Part shown: positions 51,681-61,775 of the stretch, piece after piece | Position numbering within the stretch: the first letter of the stretch is position 1 | Layout of the letters: each line of letters begins with the position of its first letter | Assembly (NCBI GenBank): GCA_965214835.1 | Contig: CBDCCK010000002.1 | Coordinates: 2,656,001 to 2,720,000, forward strand | Direction: 5' to 3' | Origin: Nitrosopumilaceae archaeon | Lineage (GTDB): Archaea > Thermoproteota > Nitrososphaeria > Nitrososphaerales > Nitrosopumilaceae | DNA length: 64,000 bases | Notes under the pieces: generated by a model | Databases searched by the model: none | Told to the model about the DNA's origin: nothing | Seen by the model: only the letters and a program-made list of their open reading frames with translations | Made by a program: the position numbers and the translations under genes

Positions 51681-52370
51681 ATGAATATGCAGGAATGCAC
51701 GTCAATACATGAAAAAGCAAGGGATGCCATTGGATTTGCACAGGAACTGCCCCCCAGTCCGATCTATGATCTAAAGAATCTAGGAAACACCGTCAGTGTC
51801 TCATCCAAGACCATCAAAAGAAGACTTGCCCGCCTAGAGGAGCTGGGGTTGGCATATTACAATCGTGGAAAATTTACAATAAAAAGAGAAGTGGTTTCCC
51901 AACCGTACATCGTTTTGCAAAACATCATCCCTTCACTAATGTCACTCAAAAAAGCCAGAAGGTTTGGAAGGCATTACAAATCAACGGATATTAACTTTAT
52001 GAGAAAGCATCTTCCAAAAGGCTCAATCATAACACTCGATCACAAGGCTCATGAGCTAACAAAGTTTCAGACTCCGCTCAGCCTGTATGTCTATGTTGAT
52101 GATGTGGAAAGCATGTCCGGGCTTTTGAAAAGCCACGGATTTAGAGAGGGAAAAAGAGGAAATGTCGTGCTTCTTCCAAAGATTGGTTCTTTTGAAAATC
52201 CCATTGAGAGGGTCTTTCTTGACTGTGTAGCAAATGGCGGACGAAGTTTTCTTGACGCTGCAGCAATTATGCTGACCCATAAAGACAGGATAAAGACCAA
52301 AGTCAGGTTTACGGGAGAGACCATACTAAAAGTTCAGGAGAATCTGTTGCCATATGAGGCCGCTCATTAG
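51681..52370 (+). CDS. Winged-HTH protein, putative AbiEi-like antitoxin
   Basis: SSKTIKRRLARLEELGL HTH and C-terminal NPIERVFLDC. Overlaps the downstream nucleotidyltransferase gene. Confidence 0.65.
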   Translation: MNMQECTSIHEKARDAIGFAQELPPSPIYDLKNLGNTVSVSSKTIKRRLARLEELGLAYYNRGKFTIKREVVSQPYIVLQNIIPSLMSLKKARRFGRHYKSTDINFMRKHLPKGSIITLDHKAHELTKFQTPLSLYVYVDDVESMSGLLKSHGFREGKRGNVVLLPKIGSFENPIERVFLDCVANGGRSFLDAAAIMLTHKDRIKTKVRFTGETILKVQENLLPYEAAH

Positions 52371-52866
52371 AGAAGCAATATGTATTTCTCGGGATTTTGG
52401 AACTGCCACATTTGTTGGTGCAACTGCAGTCATGCTACATACTAATGAGCAGCGACAATCCCAGGATCTGGATTTTGTTGTTTCTGAACAAATAACAACT
52501 GATGAGTTTTTGGACAAGGGATACAAAATTGATCAGCAAGGAGATAGAAAATTCACCCCAAGGGGATACAAGATTGACGTGTACCATGAACGGGATCTAA
52601 ATGACATTCCGCTGGAGTACATCATAAAGACCGCAGCAGCAATTCCGGTAGACAGGAAGGGAACCACCACAGTCAATGCCATCTCTTTGGAGGGATTGAT
52701 TACTGCAAAGTTCAGGGCAGGACGTGACCAGGACATCGAAGACCTGCGAAGACTGGCCATTCGCTGTGGCTCAAAAATCAACTGGAGTGAAATCAAGAAC
52801 CTTGCCAAGTCCGATACGGAATACTCTGAAATAGAGCAGGCAATTCGTCTTTATTCCACACAATGA
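52354..52866 (+). CDS. AbiEii/DUF6036-like nucleotidyltransferase
   Basis: FVGATAV...RQSQDLDFVV...LITAKFRAGRDQDIEDL motifs. Confidence 0.8.
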   Translation: MRPLIREAICISRDFGTATFVGATAVMLHTNEQRQSQDLDFVVSEQITTDEFLDKGYKIDQQGDRKFTPRGYKIDVYHERDLNDIPLEYIIKTAAAIPVDRKGTTTVNAISLEGLITAKFRAGRDQDIEDLRRLAIRCGSKINWSEIKNLAKSDTEYSEIEQAIRLYSTQ

Positions 52867-53037
52867 CATTCTTGAATAATTCAGATTAATGGCACGTCTC
52901 CAAGTTCTTTCCGTTATTTGACCGCCAAGCGCCCCTCCCGTATTGCCGTAAGCCGTCCGCATCGGGGGCCGACGGGCAGCCTGCAGGAAAAAAGTGGACA
53001 ACCCCCAATACGATCTCTTTAGTAGTTTTATATACCA

Positions 53038-53114
53038 ATACACATTTGGAAAAATAATTTTATATAAATATATACACATTTGGAAAAATAATTTTATATA
53101 AATATATACACATT
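53038..53114. repeat. 34-bp AT-rich tandem repeat (2+ units) in a promoter region
   Basis: cacatt recurs at 53041, 53075 and 53109. Each unit carries a tttatata TATA-like box. Confidence 0.9.
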
Positions 53115-53122
53115 CTAGAATT

Positions 53123-54622
53123 ATGAGTCTGAGCCCTGCCTTGTATGATGACAATCCTTGGTGGACAGATATTGACGAGATTAATCAAGAGCGGGAGATT
53201 AAAAATTGGGAGGACAGCCCAATCAAGTGGGATCCGGGAATACGTCAAGCATTTGATTTTGCCCGTGACATAATCTACTCTCTACGGGGACCAAGGCAGG
53301 TTGGCAAAACAACCCTGTTGAAGTTACAGATTAGGGAATTCCTTCAAAATGGCGTATCGCCTTGGAATATAATGTACTATGCATTTGACGTTGACAACTC
53401 TCCAAAAAACCTGGTAGAGATTGTCGAAAACTACCTAAACAGCACTAGGAGGCTACGTGGCGATTCGAGGTTCTTTTTGTTCTTAGATGAGGTATCGAAA
53501 GTAAAAAATTGGCCAGACGGAATAAAGCGATTAAAGGACAGGCGGAAATTAGACAATGCCACAGTCATCCTGACCGGTTCGTATGCGATTGATCTAAAAA
53601 AATCCCTGGAGAACCTGGCCGGCAGGCGCGGCAAAACGAATGAGGCCTATGACAAAGTACTCCTCCCGATGAAATTTTCAGAATACGTCTCAGTCATGGA
53701 CACTGGATTGAAAAAACAGCTGATCAAAAACAAGCTATTCAAAAGGGAGGATCGAATCAAAACTATTAAAAAATTACTTCGCTCCGAGATTGATTCGTCA
53801 CTTGACATGCTTCAGCCCCAGTTGGCATCCCTTAACTCCTTGCTGCTGGATTACATGCTGACTGGAGGCATTCCACAGGTTGTCAGCGTGTATTATGACA
53901 AAAAATATTTGGACGAATACCTGTACACAACGTACCTTGATTACGTTTTAGGGGACCTCAAATCACTGCGAAGAAGTCCAATCATTGTTGAACAGCTGGC
54001 ATCCAACATAATTAAAAACCTAAGCTGGCCGCAAAGCTGGCTATCTCTTCAAAAGGATACAGACATACGAAATCCAATAACCGCGGGAGAGTACGTGCAC
54101 GCCCTTGACGACATGTTTGTACTGACATTTTTTTATCATTATGATCCTGAGAAAAAGAGACCGCTGGTTAGGAAAAACAAAAAGATTCATTTCCATGATC
54201 CGTTCTTCCTGCACTCACTAAACGGCTGGATTTCATCAGAGAATTCCTTTAGGACTGCACAAAATTATGTCCGGGATGCGGCCAACCAGGGCCCGTTGGT
54301 GGAAGGGATAGTCGGTGATCATCTGGCACGGCTAGTGTTTGAGATGAGCGATAAAAAGCAGAACTTTGATTACCATAACCACCTGTTCTACTGGAACAAA
54401 AAGAAGGAAACCGAGGTGGATTACGTAATCAAGCTTGGAGGCTTTGAGCTGCCCGTAGAGGTCAAATTTCAAAACACCATACGGAACAAGGATCTCAGGG
54501 GAGTCCGTTATTTCAGTTCGCTGGCAAAGGCTCGAAACTCAGTAATACTATCCAAAAACACGCTGGAAAAGACCGATGACACCGTGGTACTTCCGGCAGC
54601 ATTCTTTTTGCTTTTAATCTGA
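53123..54622 (+). CDS. AAA_14 ATPase with DUF4143 / PD-(D/E)XK-like C-terminus
   Basis: NPWW, GPRQVGKTT, LFLDEV, LTGS, GGIP and EVDY...PVEVK motifs. Confidence 0.9.
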   Translation: MSLSPALYDDNPWWTDIDEINQEREIKNWEDSPIKWDPGIRQAFDFARDIIYSLRGPRQVGKTTLLKLQIREFLQNGVSPWNIMYYAFDVDNSPKNLVEIVENYLNSTRRLRGDSRFFLFLDEVSKVKNWPDGIKRLKDRRKLDNATVILTGSYAIDLKKSLENLAGRRGKTNEAYDKVLLPMKFSEYVSVMDTGLKKQLIKNKLFKREDRIKTIKKLLRSEIDSSLDMLQPQLASLNSLLLDYMLTGGIPQVVSVYYDKKYLDEYLYTTYLDYVLGDLKSLRRSPIIVEQLASNIIKNLSWPQSWLSLQKDTDIRNPITAGEYVHALDDMFVLTFFYHYDPEKKRPLVRKNKKIHFHDPFFLHSLNGWISSENSFRTAQNYVRDAANQGPLVEGIVGDHLARLVFEMSDKKQNFDYHNHLFYWNKKKETEVDYVIKLGGFELPVEVKFQNTIRNKDLRGVRYFSSLAKARNSVILSKNTLEKTDDTVVLPAAFFLLLI

Positions 54623-54968
54623 GTCTGTGACGGACTCCTTTCCTCCAAGCCTCCTCAAAAGTCACACATGAGGCGGATCCAAGATGTGCAGTCCGGATCA
54701 GGCCCCCACATGTACGCTGGATTGGGAAAACCAAGAGATGCCTGCCCAGAGAGGTGATCCGAAACTAGAAACCGAGCGCCCGTCCGTATGTCCTGCTGCC
54801 GACCTTCAGGCCGCAGCAGCGATTCTGACCTGGGGGAGCTGGCCTTTCATAATGCCTAGCCTGTGCGCTCATGGTATGTGGATCAATGCCATCATCGATG
54901 TTTGACTGGCTTCCAAGGGAGCGTGGCCTCATACGGCGATTCTGCAAAAGCCTGACACCGCTTGGGTT

Positions 54969-55352
54969 TTAGCTTACGATCACTCCGATCGTCCTTACCG
55001 TTGATAGCGGAACCTGCTTTTTCAGGCCATCCCATACGAATATCTCCACTGTAAACTCCCCGCCTTCGTGGGGCGTCCAGGACAGCGATGCGTTGAGCGA
55101 TTGAAACTCGCTCAAGCTGCCTGCAAACCAGCTCAGGTACACTATTCTCTGGTTGCTGTCCTTGATCTGTACGATGTAGATGAACTCCTGTATCCTGTCT
55201 TGGGCGTTCTTTAGATCCGACATTATCAGGATCTGCTGGTTGATGCTGATCTTGTTGCCAATCGGGTTGCCGATTGCGTTGGACAGTCTGGAGTTCTCCA
55301 CCAGCGTTTTTTCCCACAGCTCAGCTGCCATGCCTGACTGCACGTGCATCAC
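54969..55352 (-). CDS. Thaumarchaeal beta-sandwich hypothetical protein (possibly partial)
   Basis: YIVQIKD...LSW..GSL...LSWTP..GEFTVEIFVW pattern. Confidence 0.6.
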   Translation of the reverse strand: MMHVQSGMAAELWEKTLVENSRLSNAIGNPIGNKISINQQILIMSDLKNAQDRIQEFIYIVQIKDSNQRIVYLSWFAGSLSEFQSLNASLSWTPHEGGEFTVEIFVWDGLKKQVPLSTVRTIGVIVS

Positions 55353-55737
55353 AAGAAGCTACGGTAGATGATTCTCCTTGGGAAATGTCGGTAGATCTAA
55401 TAAATAAAAAATAGTTACAAGGTTCTGTGTAATCTGCGTTTGGTATTTTGCCGTGTTCACTGTCGTTTGGCGGGATTTTATGAATGGGACTGTTAAGTCA
55501 GTCTCCCGGATGTGCCAGACTCATGGCGGTGCAGGTGGCTACATGCGGGCCTGCAGGCAGTCTGATCTGTGTTATTTCAGGTTTGGAGCCGTCTTGTGGG
55601 TAACTTCTGGGAAGACTGATGTTGTAGAAATCAATCAAGTGGAATTACGCAACAACCAGATCTGATCCGTTGATGGGGCATAACTTACGACTAGATTGCA
55701 GGGATCACTTTTATAGAATCCCTTTTATGAAAAACCA

Positions 55738-56733
55738 GTGATCTACAAGACGCTACTGGGACTGTTCCTGGCAATCGGATTATCTGCAATGCCTGCATTT
55801 GCAGAAACTGACACTCCCTACAAACAATTTCAAAGCGGTATCGCGCTAGAGGAGATACAGTGCCGGGATTCAAAGACGCTGATGGAGACCACGCGCGGAA
55901 CGCCTGCCTGCGTCAGTGAGGGCTCGGTGCAAAAACTGCTGCAAAAGGGATGGGTGCCGGTAGCACAGGCAGCAGAACGCCATGACCTGCAGCTGCCGGA
56001 GGCGGCAAAAGCCGGGCACGGCAGCAACATCGACGGCCCCGATGCCGGAGAAGTCGACGGATTTGTGGTGCTGAGTGCCTCGTCTCCCGTGGAGTTCGTC
56101 GATGACGGGCGGGAGATCAAAAGATCCACACTTGCAAGATACCCTCCCCCGTGGCCCTACTATGAAAATATCATGGACAGTGACATAACCCCCGACGATG
56201 TCGGCCCCGACAACCTGATAAGACTGTCTGCAACACAGCATGAAAAATACTCCATAACCCCCAGAGTAGGGTTCCATATTGAGGACTGGATGCCCACATA
56301 CATTCCTGATGGGCAGCGGTTGCTGTATGCAGACAATACTTGCTACCCTTCAGGTGACTGCAAGCTGAGGATACAGTTTGTTCCAACTACCTTTGTATTA
56401 AACGAAAACGTGACCAACTATGAATTGAAGTTCTCCGAGGGATTTAGGGTTTGGGCCGAGTATAGCGTTGTTCCTCTTGACGAGATTGAAGATGAGATAG
56501 AATATATCAAAGAAGTTTTTGGTTCCCAGCCCGGCAACTACGGGGAGGGCTTCAGGGAGATGACGCATGACGGGAAAACGGTAAGTGCATTTGAGGGCGG
56601 AAATGCCCTGAATCATTATCGTGCAGGCATCAGCTTCCATCATGATGAACATACGTCGATGGGCGTAAATTCACGTTATCACACGCTTGATGAGCTGTTG
56701 CCCGTCTTTAACAGCTTGTCGGCGGTAAAATGA
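55738..56733 (+). CDS. Secreted hypothetical protein
   Basis: Signal peptide, then a small domain PYKQFQSGI..EEIQC...PACV...KLLQKGW. ATGA overlap with the next gene. Confidence 0.85.
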   Translation: MIYKTLLGLFLAIGLSAMPAFAETDTPYKQFQSGIALEEIQCRDSKTLMETTRGTPACVSEGSVQKLLQKGWVPVAQAAERHDLQLPEAAKAGHGSNIDGPDAGEVDGFVVLSASSPVEFVDDGREIKRSTLARYPPPWPYYENIMDSDITPDDVGPDNLIRLSATQHEKYSITPRVGFHIEDWMPTYIPDGQRLLYADNTCYPSGDCKLRIQFVPTTFVLNENVTNYELKFSEGFRVWAEYSVVPLDEIEDEIEYIKEVFGSQPGNYGEGFREMTHDGKTVSAFEGGNALNHYRAGISFHHDEHTSMGVNSRYHTLDELLPVFNSLSAVK

Positions 56734-59700
56734 TGACCAAGTTTCCCGTTTTGTTTTTTGCAGTCTTTGCACTGTGTATTGTTGCATATGGCCAGGACGC
56801 ATTTGGAATCTTTGACTGTGCTGACCCTCGTTGCCATGTATGGCAGCAGACCAGCCGTCTTACCCCAATCGAAGGCATAGAGTACCAGCTGGATTCGCCG
56901 GATCTGTGGATAGACAGGACGGAATGCGACAATACCGCAGCAGCTGCCGGCTGGCTGGTTGCAAATACCGGGGAATGGGTGGAGGCAGGAGTTACAAAAG
57001 GACATTTCCTAAACGTTGGATGCGTCGCCGTCCTGAGCACCTATTATGGATTTAATTATGTGATAGGCGATCTTGATGTTTACCAAGAATACCTAGTATC
57101 AAACGGTCGCGTTGATCCCGGCGATGACATATCAGTAAAGATACAAAAGTACCTGACAAGCAACGTCCAGGTGTATGTCACGACCCCGGACGTGACAATC
57201 CCGTACCCACAGGCGCAGCTTTTCATGAATCCAAATAATGTCTACCATGGCAACTTTGGAATAGAGGGAACCGTCTCTGCCACAGACGACTATTCGTCAA
57301 TTCCGATGAGCAAGTTCACCGGCATGAAGATAAGGCAGAACGGCTCTTGGACAAACCTTCCCGCCTCAGCCTCCCTGTCCCAGCCGTCCGTCTCGGAGGG
57401 GTACATCGGCAAGGAATGCCGGGGCAACTCGTTTATCGCAGGAACCGTGACATCGCTTGACTGCAACAACATCGCAACCAGAAACCAGGTTCCCACGGTC
57501 CAGAACAGGGACATAGACGTGGCCACAAACGACAGGGTCACAGTCGACATAAACGCAATAGACACCGACGGCGACTATCTGACGTTTTATCTCAAAGAGC
57601 ACCCCACAAAGGGAAGCCTGAGCCACACCAGCACCACCGAAAAGATCCCGACCACAAACGGCACGGCCATCCGGCTCGAGTACACCCCGGCAAGCTCCAC
57701 GCCGGAATCTGACACCATAAGGTACACCGTCACGGACAAGAGAATCGGCCACACAAGGGAGGGGGTGATCTCGATCGTCGGGCCGTCCACGCAGACCGTA
57801 CCCGACCCGGTCGACGACCTTTCCTACACCCTGTCGGGAAACAACATCACGCTTGCCTGGAGCATCCCGGACGACGGGGGCTCTAACATCACCTCGTTTA
57901 GAATAGAAAGGTCGCCGGACACCCAGAGATGGAACCTTCACGACACCGTCTCTGAAACGACCACGAGCATCGAGCATACCGGATATCCCGGCTACGACAT
58001 GTACTTTAGGATATTTGCCAAAAACGCGCACGGGCTGTCGCCTGCCTCGAACCTGGTGAACGTAAACATCGAGGATCCCACGCCGCCAGTCATAACGATC
58101 ACGGCCCCGGCAGCAGGATCCACCGTAACCGTGCCAGACATCGCAGTATCGGGGTGGGTCTACGAGCCTGAGGGCTCTGGGATAGAGTACGTGAAGGTCT
58201 ACGTAGACGGCATTGTACCTGCCACGAATCCCGTCGAGGTGACCCACATATCCGACGTCACTGCAAGCTTTGAATCGGTCCTGACCGGACTGGACAACGG
58301 CAACCACACCATCGCAGTGGAATCGGCAAACGGGGACGGCGCAACCGCCACAAGCAGCGTCACCGTGACGCTTGATGCGCCGGTGCAGGCCACCGTCGAC
58401 TCCTTTGCAGAGGACTTTGAGGGGATGGATCTCTCAAGGTGGCATCTGACCACGGGCGATGACGAGTACTGGTCGATCAGGCCAGACCCGACAGAGCCAG
58501 TTCCGGGATCCCAGCCCGGAAACAAGGTGGGGGGAGCCGAGGACTGCGACGACGTGTGCTCGATGACGATGATAGACGTGGTGGACCTGACGCAGATGTC
58601 CCAGCCCGTGCTCAGCTTTTACAGGTTCGTCGCGACGGGGGCCGACGTCTCAAACAACGAGGGGATATACGTCCACACCTCCAGTGACGGCGGCACCACG
58701 TGGATCCAACTTGCAAACTTTACCGCAAACAACGCAGGCGACGACGGCGCCTGGCATCACCACAGCTATGTCCTCTCAAACGCGTCGGACTCCTTCAAGG
58801 TGAGGTTCGAGGCGCGTTCCAGCTCAAACAACGAGGATGCGGAGCTTGACGACATTCGGATATACGACGGTGACGCAGGCGACACGACGCCGCCTTCAAT
58901 CACGGCGCCAGAGGACGTGACGGCCGAGGCGACTGCCGTCCTCACCCCTGCCTCCGACGTGGGTCTGGGCGACGCCGTGGCCTCAGACGATGTTGATCCG
59001 GATCCGGCAATCACAAACGACGCACCGGAATCGTTCCCGCTTGGCGATACCATAGTGACATGGACTGCCACCGATTCTGCGGGCAACGCGGCTACTGCAA
59101 CCCAGACTGTTACGATACAGGACACGACACTGCCGAGCATCACCACACCCCCAGATGTCACAATCGAGGCTTCCGGCGTGCTGACTGCCGTATCCATAGG
59201 GCAGGCCACTGCATCCGACATTGCGGATCCGGATCCGGCAATCACAAACGACGCACCGGAATCGTTCCCGCTTGGCGATACCATAGTGACATGGACTGCC
59301 ACCGATTCTGCGGGCAACGCGGCTACTGCAACCCAGACTGTTACGATACAGGACACCACGCCGCCCCGGATCATGGCACCCGCCGATCATACGGCCGAGG
59401 CTGCCGGCATCATGACGGTCCTGAGTGCCGGCGACTATGGGACTTCCACTGTTACCGACGTTGCCGATCCCAGCCCCACAATTACAAACGACGCCCCAGA
59501 GTCGTTCCCGTTGGGCAACACGACAGTCACGTGGACTGCCACCGACTCTGCAGGCAACGCGGCGACGGCCACCCAGACTGTTACGATACGGGACACCACG
59601 CCGCCTGCCATCTCCGGCCTGCGCGACATAGACGTAGATGATCCGGCGGGCCGTGGAATGGCAGTCAGCTACGATGCGCCGACTGCCTCCGACCTCGTAG

Positions 59701-61385
59701 ACGGGGTCGTGGCAGTATCGTGCACGCACGAGTCCGGATCGACGTTTGCTCCCGGATTCACCGAGGTAGTATGCACGGCGACAGACGGCTCTGCAAACTC
59801 GCAGAGGGACTGGTTTGTCATACACGTGGACGCCTCTGACGCCGTCCTGGACGTCTCCCAGACCGTGAGCACGGGCCGATCCACGTGGAGCGTCACGGGT
59901 CCGGACAGGGTGTTTGCGGGGCAGACCTTCGAGTATACCGTAACACTCGAGGACGGGGCAAGGCCGCGAGAGGAGGCCCTTGCCGTGTACAGCGCGGCAC
60001 CGGAGCGGGACCTCGGATGGCACGATTCCGATACGGACTGCCAGACCGTGATATGCGCGGGGTTTCCAGAGCAAAAGCACGACACGTACAAGATAGCCAG
60101 TGACGAGGACTCGCCGTATACTGCCATGCACAACAAGATGAAAAAGTCCAGATCCAGCCATACCATACTGCTGCAGCCGGCAGCCGATGCGCCGGCGGGC
60201 ACGCAGGCCACAGTCGGCATGATGGACAGCAACAACAACCAGGTGGGAGGCATACCGGTAACGGTGATGCCGCCGTCCACGAGGACGATAACGGACGGGG
60301 ACACCACCTGGAGGATCACGGGCCCCGACAGGATATTTCCGGGACAGACCTTCGAGTATACGGTGACCGTTGATGGCGCAAGGCACCAGCACGACGCCCT
60401 TGCCATATACAGCAGCTCGCTTACCGTGGACGACTTTGGGGGATTCCCGGAGGGCTCCGGGTGCGACACTGCGGTGTGCACGGACTTTCCGGGGCAGCGG
60501 CGCCGCACGATGGAGCTTGACAACCACGCAGGCTCCGCGTACGACGTAAGGTACCACACGATCAACGCGCCCGGCTCCCAGTATACGATACTGCTGAGGA
60601 CCGCCGACGACGCGGACGCAGCGGCGGGAGGCACGTTCAGGGTCGGGCTGGTGGACGGGGACGGAAGTCCGATGGGCGGCATACGGGTCACGATCGCCGA
60701 TCCCGTGGCCGTAACGGCCCCCTACGAGGAGCTCGTGGCAGGCCTGTCCTTTGAGGGCAGCCTGACAGATGCAACGGGGGACAACAACGGCACGGCGGCT
60801 GCAGGGGATGTCACGTACGTGCCTGGCAGGATAGGCAGGGGGCTGCAGCTTGACGGCTCTACGAACGTCGCCCTTGCGGGCGAGGCCGACTTTGACTTTG
60901 GGCGCACCGACCCGTTCAGCATAGCGTTCTGGCTCAGGCAGGACGTGCCCGTCAACAACAGCACCATGATAATGTCCAAGGCAGAGTCGTTCGGCCATAC
61001 CGGCTTGTACGTGTGGATATGGGGAGGGGCGCCCAACAGGATCCTGCTTTTGATACACGACAACTCCACGTTCATAAACGTGCACACCCCCAACCACCTG
61101 AACATGTCAGACGGGGCCTGGCACCATATCGCATTCACGTACGACGGCTCGGGCGCAAAGGAGGGCCTGAATGCGTATATCGACGGCGAGCACCGGGACT
61201 ATGGCCAATACCGCAGGGGCCTGGGGCTGGCAGGCAGCACGACAAACGACCATGCGTTCACCGTGAGGACCACCACCTGGTGGGATCCCGACAGGATCGA
61301 CTCGGTTCTTGACGAGCTGCGCGTGTACGGCGCCGAGCTGTCGGCCCGGCAGGTGCGGCTGCTGCATGCGGCAGGCCTCGGCTAG
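56730..61385 (+). CDS. Large secreted protein: neprosin-like head, Ig/FN3, HYR repeats, two unassigned repeats, LamG
   Basis: Signal peptide, WVEAG and FGIEG, WSIPDDGGSNIT (FN3), DTTPP...FPLG.T.VTWTATD repeats (HYR), WHHIAFTYDG...DELRVY (LamG). Confidence 0.9.
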   Translation: MMTKFPVLFFAVFALCIVAYGQDAFGIFDCADPRCHVWQQTSRLTPIEGIEYQLDSPDLWIDRTECDNTAAAAGWLVANTGEWVEAGVTKGHFLNVGCVAVLSTYYGFNYVIGDLDVYQEYLVSNGRVDPGDDISVKIQKYLTSNVQVYVTTPDVTIPYPQAQLFMNPNNVYHGNFGIEGTVSATDDYSSIPMSKFTGMKIRQNGSWTNLPASASLSQPSVSEGYIGKECRGNSFIAGTVTSLDCNNIATRNQVPTVQNRDIDVATNDRVTVDINAIDTDGDYLTFYLKEHPTKGSLSHTSTTEKIPTTNGTAIRLEYTPASSTPESDTIRYTVTDKRIGHTREGVISIVGPSTQTVPDPVDDLSYTLSGNNITLAWSIPDDGGSNITSFRIERSPDTQRWNLHDTVSETTTSIEHTGYPGYDMYFRIFAKNAHGLSPASNLVNVNIEDPTPPVITITAPAAGSTVTVPDIAVSGWVYEPEGSGIEYVKVYVDGIVPATNPVEVTHISDVTASFESVLTGLDNGNHTIAVESANGDGATATSSVTVTLDAPVQATVDSFAEDFEGMDLSRWHLTTGDDEYWSIRPDPTEPVPGSQPGNKVGGAEDCDDVCSMTMIDVVDLTQMSQPVLSFYRFVATGADVSNNEGIYVHTSSDGGTTWIQLANFTANNAGDDGAWHHHSYVLSNASDSFKVRFEARSSSNNEDAELDDIRIYDGDAGDTTPPSITAPEDVTAEATAVLTPASDVGLGDAVASDDVDPDPAITNDAPESFPLGDTIVTWTATDSAGNAATATQTVTIQDTTLPSITTPPDVTIEASGVLTAVSIGQATASDIADPDPAITNDAPESFPLGDTIVTWTATDSAGNAATATQTVTIQDTTPPRIMAPADHTAEAAGIMTVLSAGDYGTSTVTDVADPSPTITNDAPESFPLGNTTVTWTATDSAGNAATATQTVTIRDTTPPAISGLRDIDVDDPAGRGMAVSYDAPTASDLVDGVVAVSCTHESGSTFAPGFTEVVCTATDGSANSQRDWFVIHVDASDAVLDVSQTVSTGRSTWSVTGPDRVFAGQTFEYTVTLEDGARPREEALAVYSAAPERDLGWHDSDTDCQTVICAGFPEQKHDTYKIASDEDSPYTAMHNKMKKSRSSHTILLQPAADAPAGTQATVGMMDSNNNQVGGIPVTVMPPSTRTITDGDTTWRITGPDRIFPGQTFEYTVTVDGARHQHDALAIYSSSLTVDDFGGFPEGSGCDTAVCTDFPGQRRRTMELDNHAGSAYDVRYHTINAPGSQYTILLRTADDADAAAGGTFRVGLVDGDGSPMGGIRVTIADPVAVTAPYEELVAGLSFEGSLTDATGDNNGTAAAGDVTYVPGRIGRGLQLDGSTNVALAGEADFDFGRTDPFSIAFWLRQDVPVNNSTMIMSKAESFGHTGLYVWIWGGAPNRILLLIHDNSTFINVHTPNHLNMSDGAWHHIAFTYDGSGAKEGLNAYIDGEHRDYGQYRRGLGLAGSTTNDHAFTVRTTTWWDPDRIDSVLDELRVYGAELSARQVRLLHAAGLG

Positions 61386-61775
61386 CCAGCGCGATCACGG
61401 CGGGCCCGACCTGCGGCAAGGGCTTGTACCGGCCGGTAAAAATTCTTGAAGTGCTTTATGATCAGACACCCCTGCAAACGGTCGATGGCATTCAAGGATT
61501 TGTGATTGCCGGCATGCCCCACAGGTGACACTGCCTGCCGGGGTCTTTACTACCGTGCCTTCCACGCGATATCTTCCGGAGGGGGCAAGACTCTTGTCGC
61601 GTATTGTTGCGTAATACCTAAATCAGGCGTGTAAAACTCAATTGTTGGAACGCAAAAAAGATCAAATATGGTTGCGGTACCCAACAAATCCATTAATCCA
61701 ATTACTCCGCATTTTGGACATTTTCCGTTGGTGTGAGTGGTTGGTCTGCCATGATAAATCCGTCCCATTGGAGTG

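Noticed and set aside
58983-61097. 704-aa antisense ORF, and similar long antisense ORFs over the IS66 and pur genes
   Set aside because: Shadow frames of GC-rich genes with no recognisable motifs.
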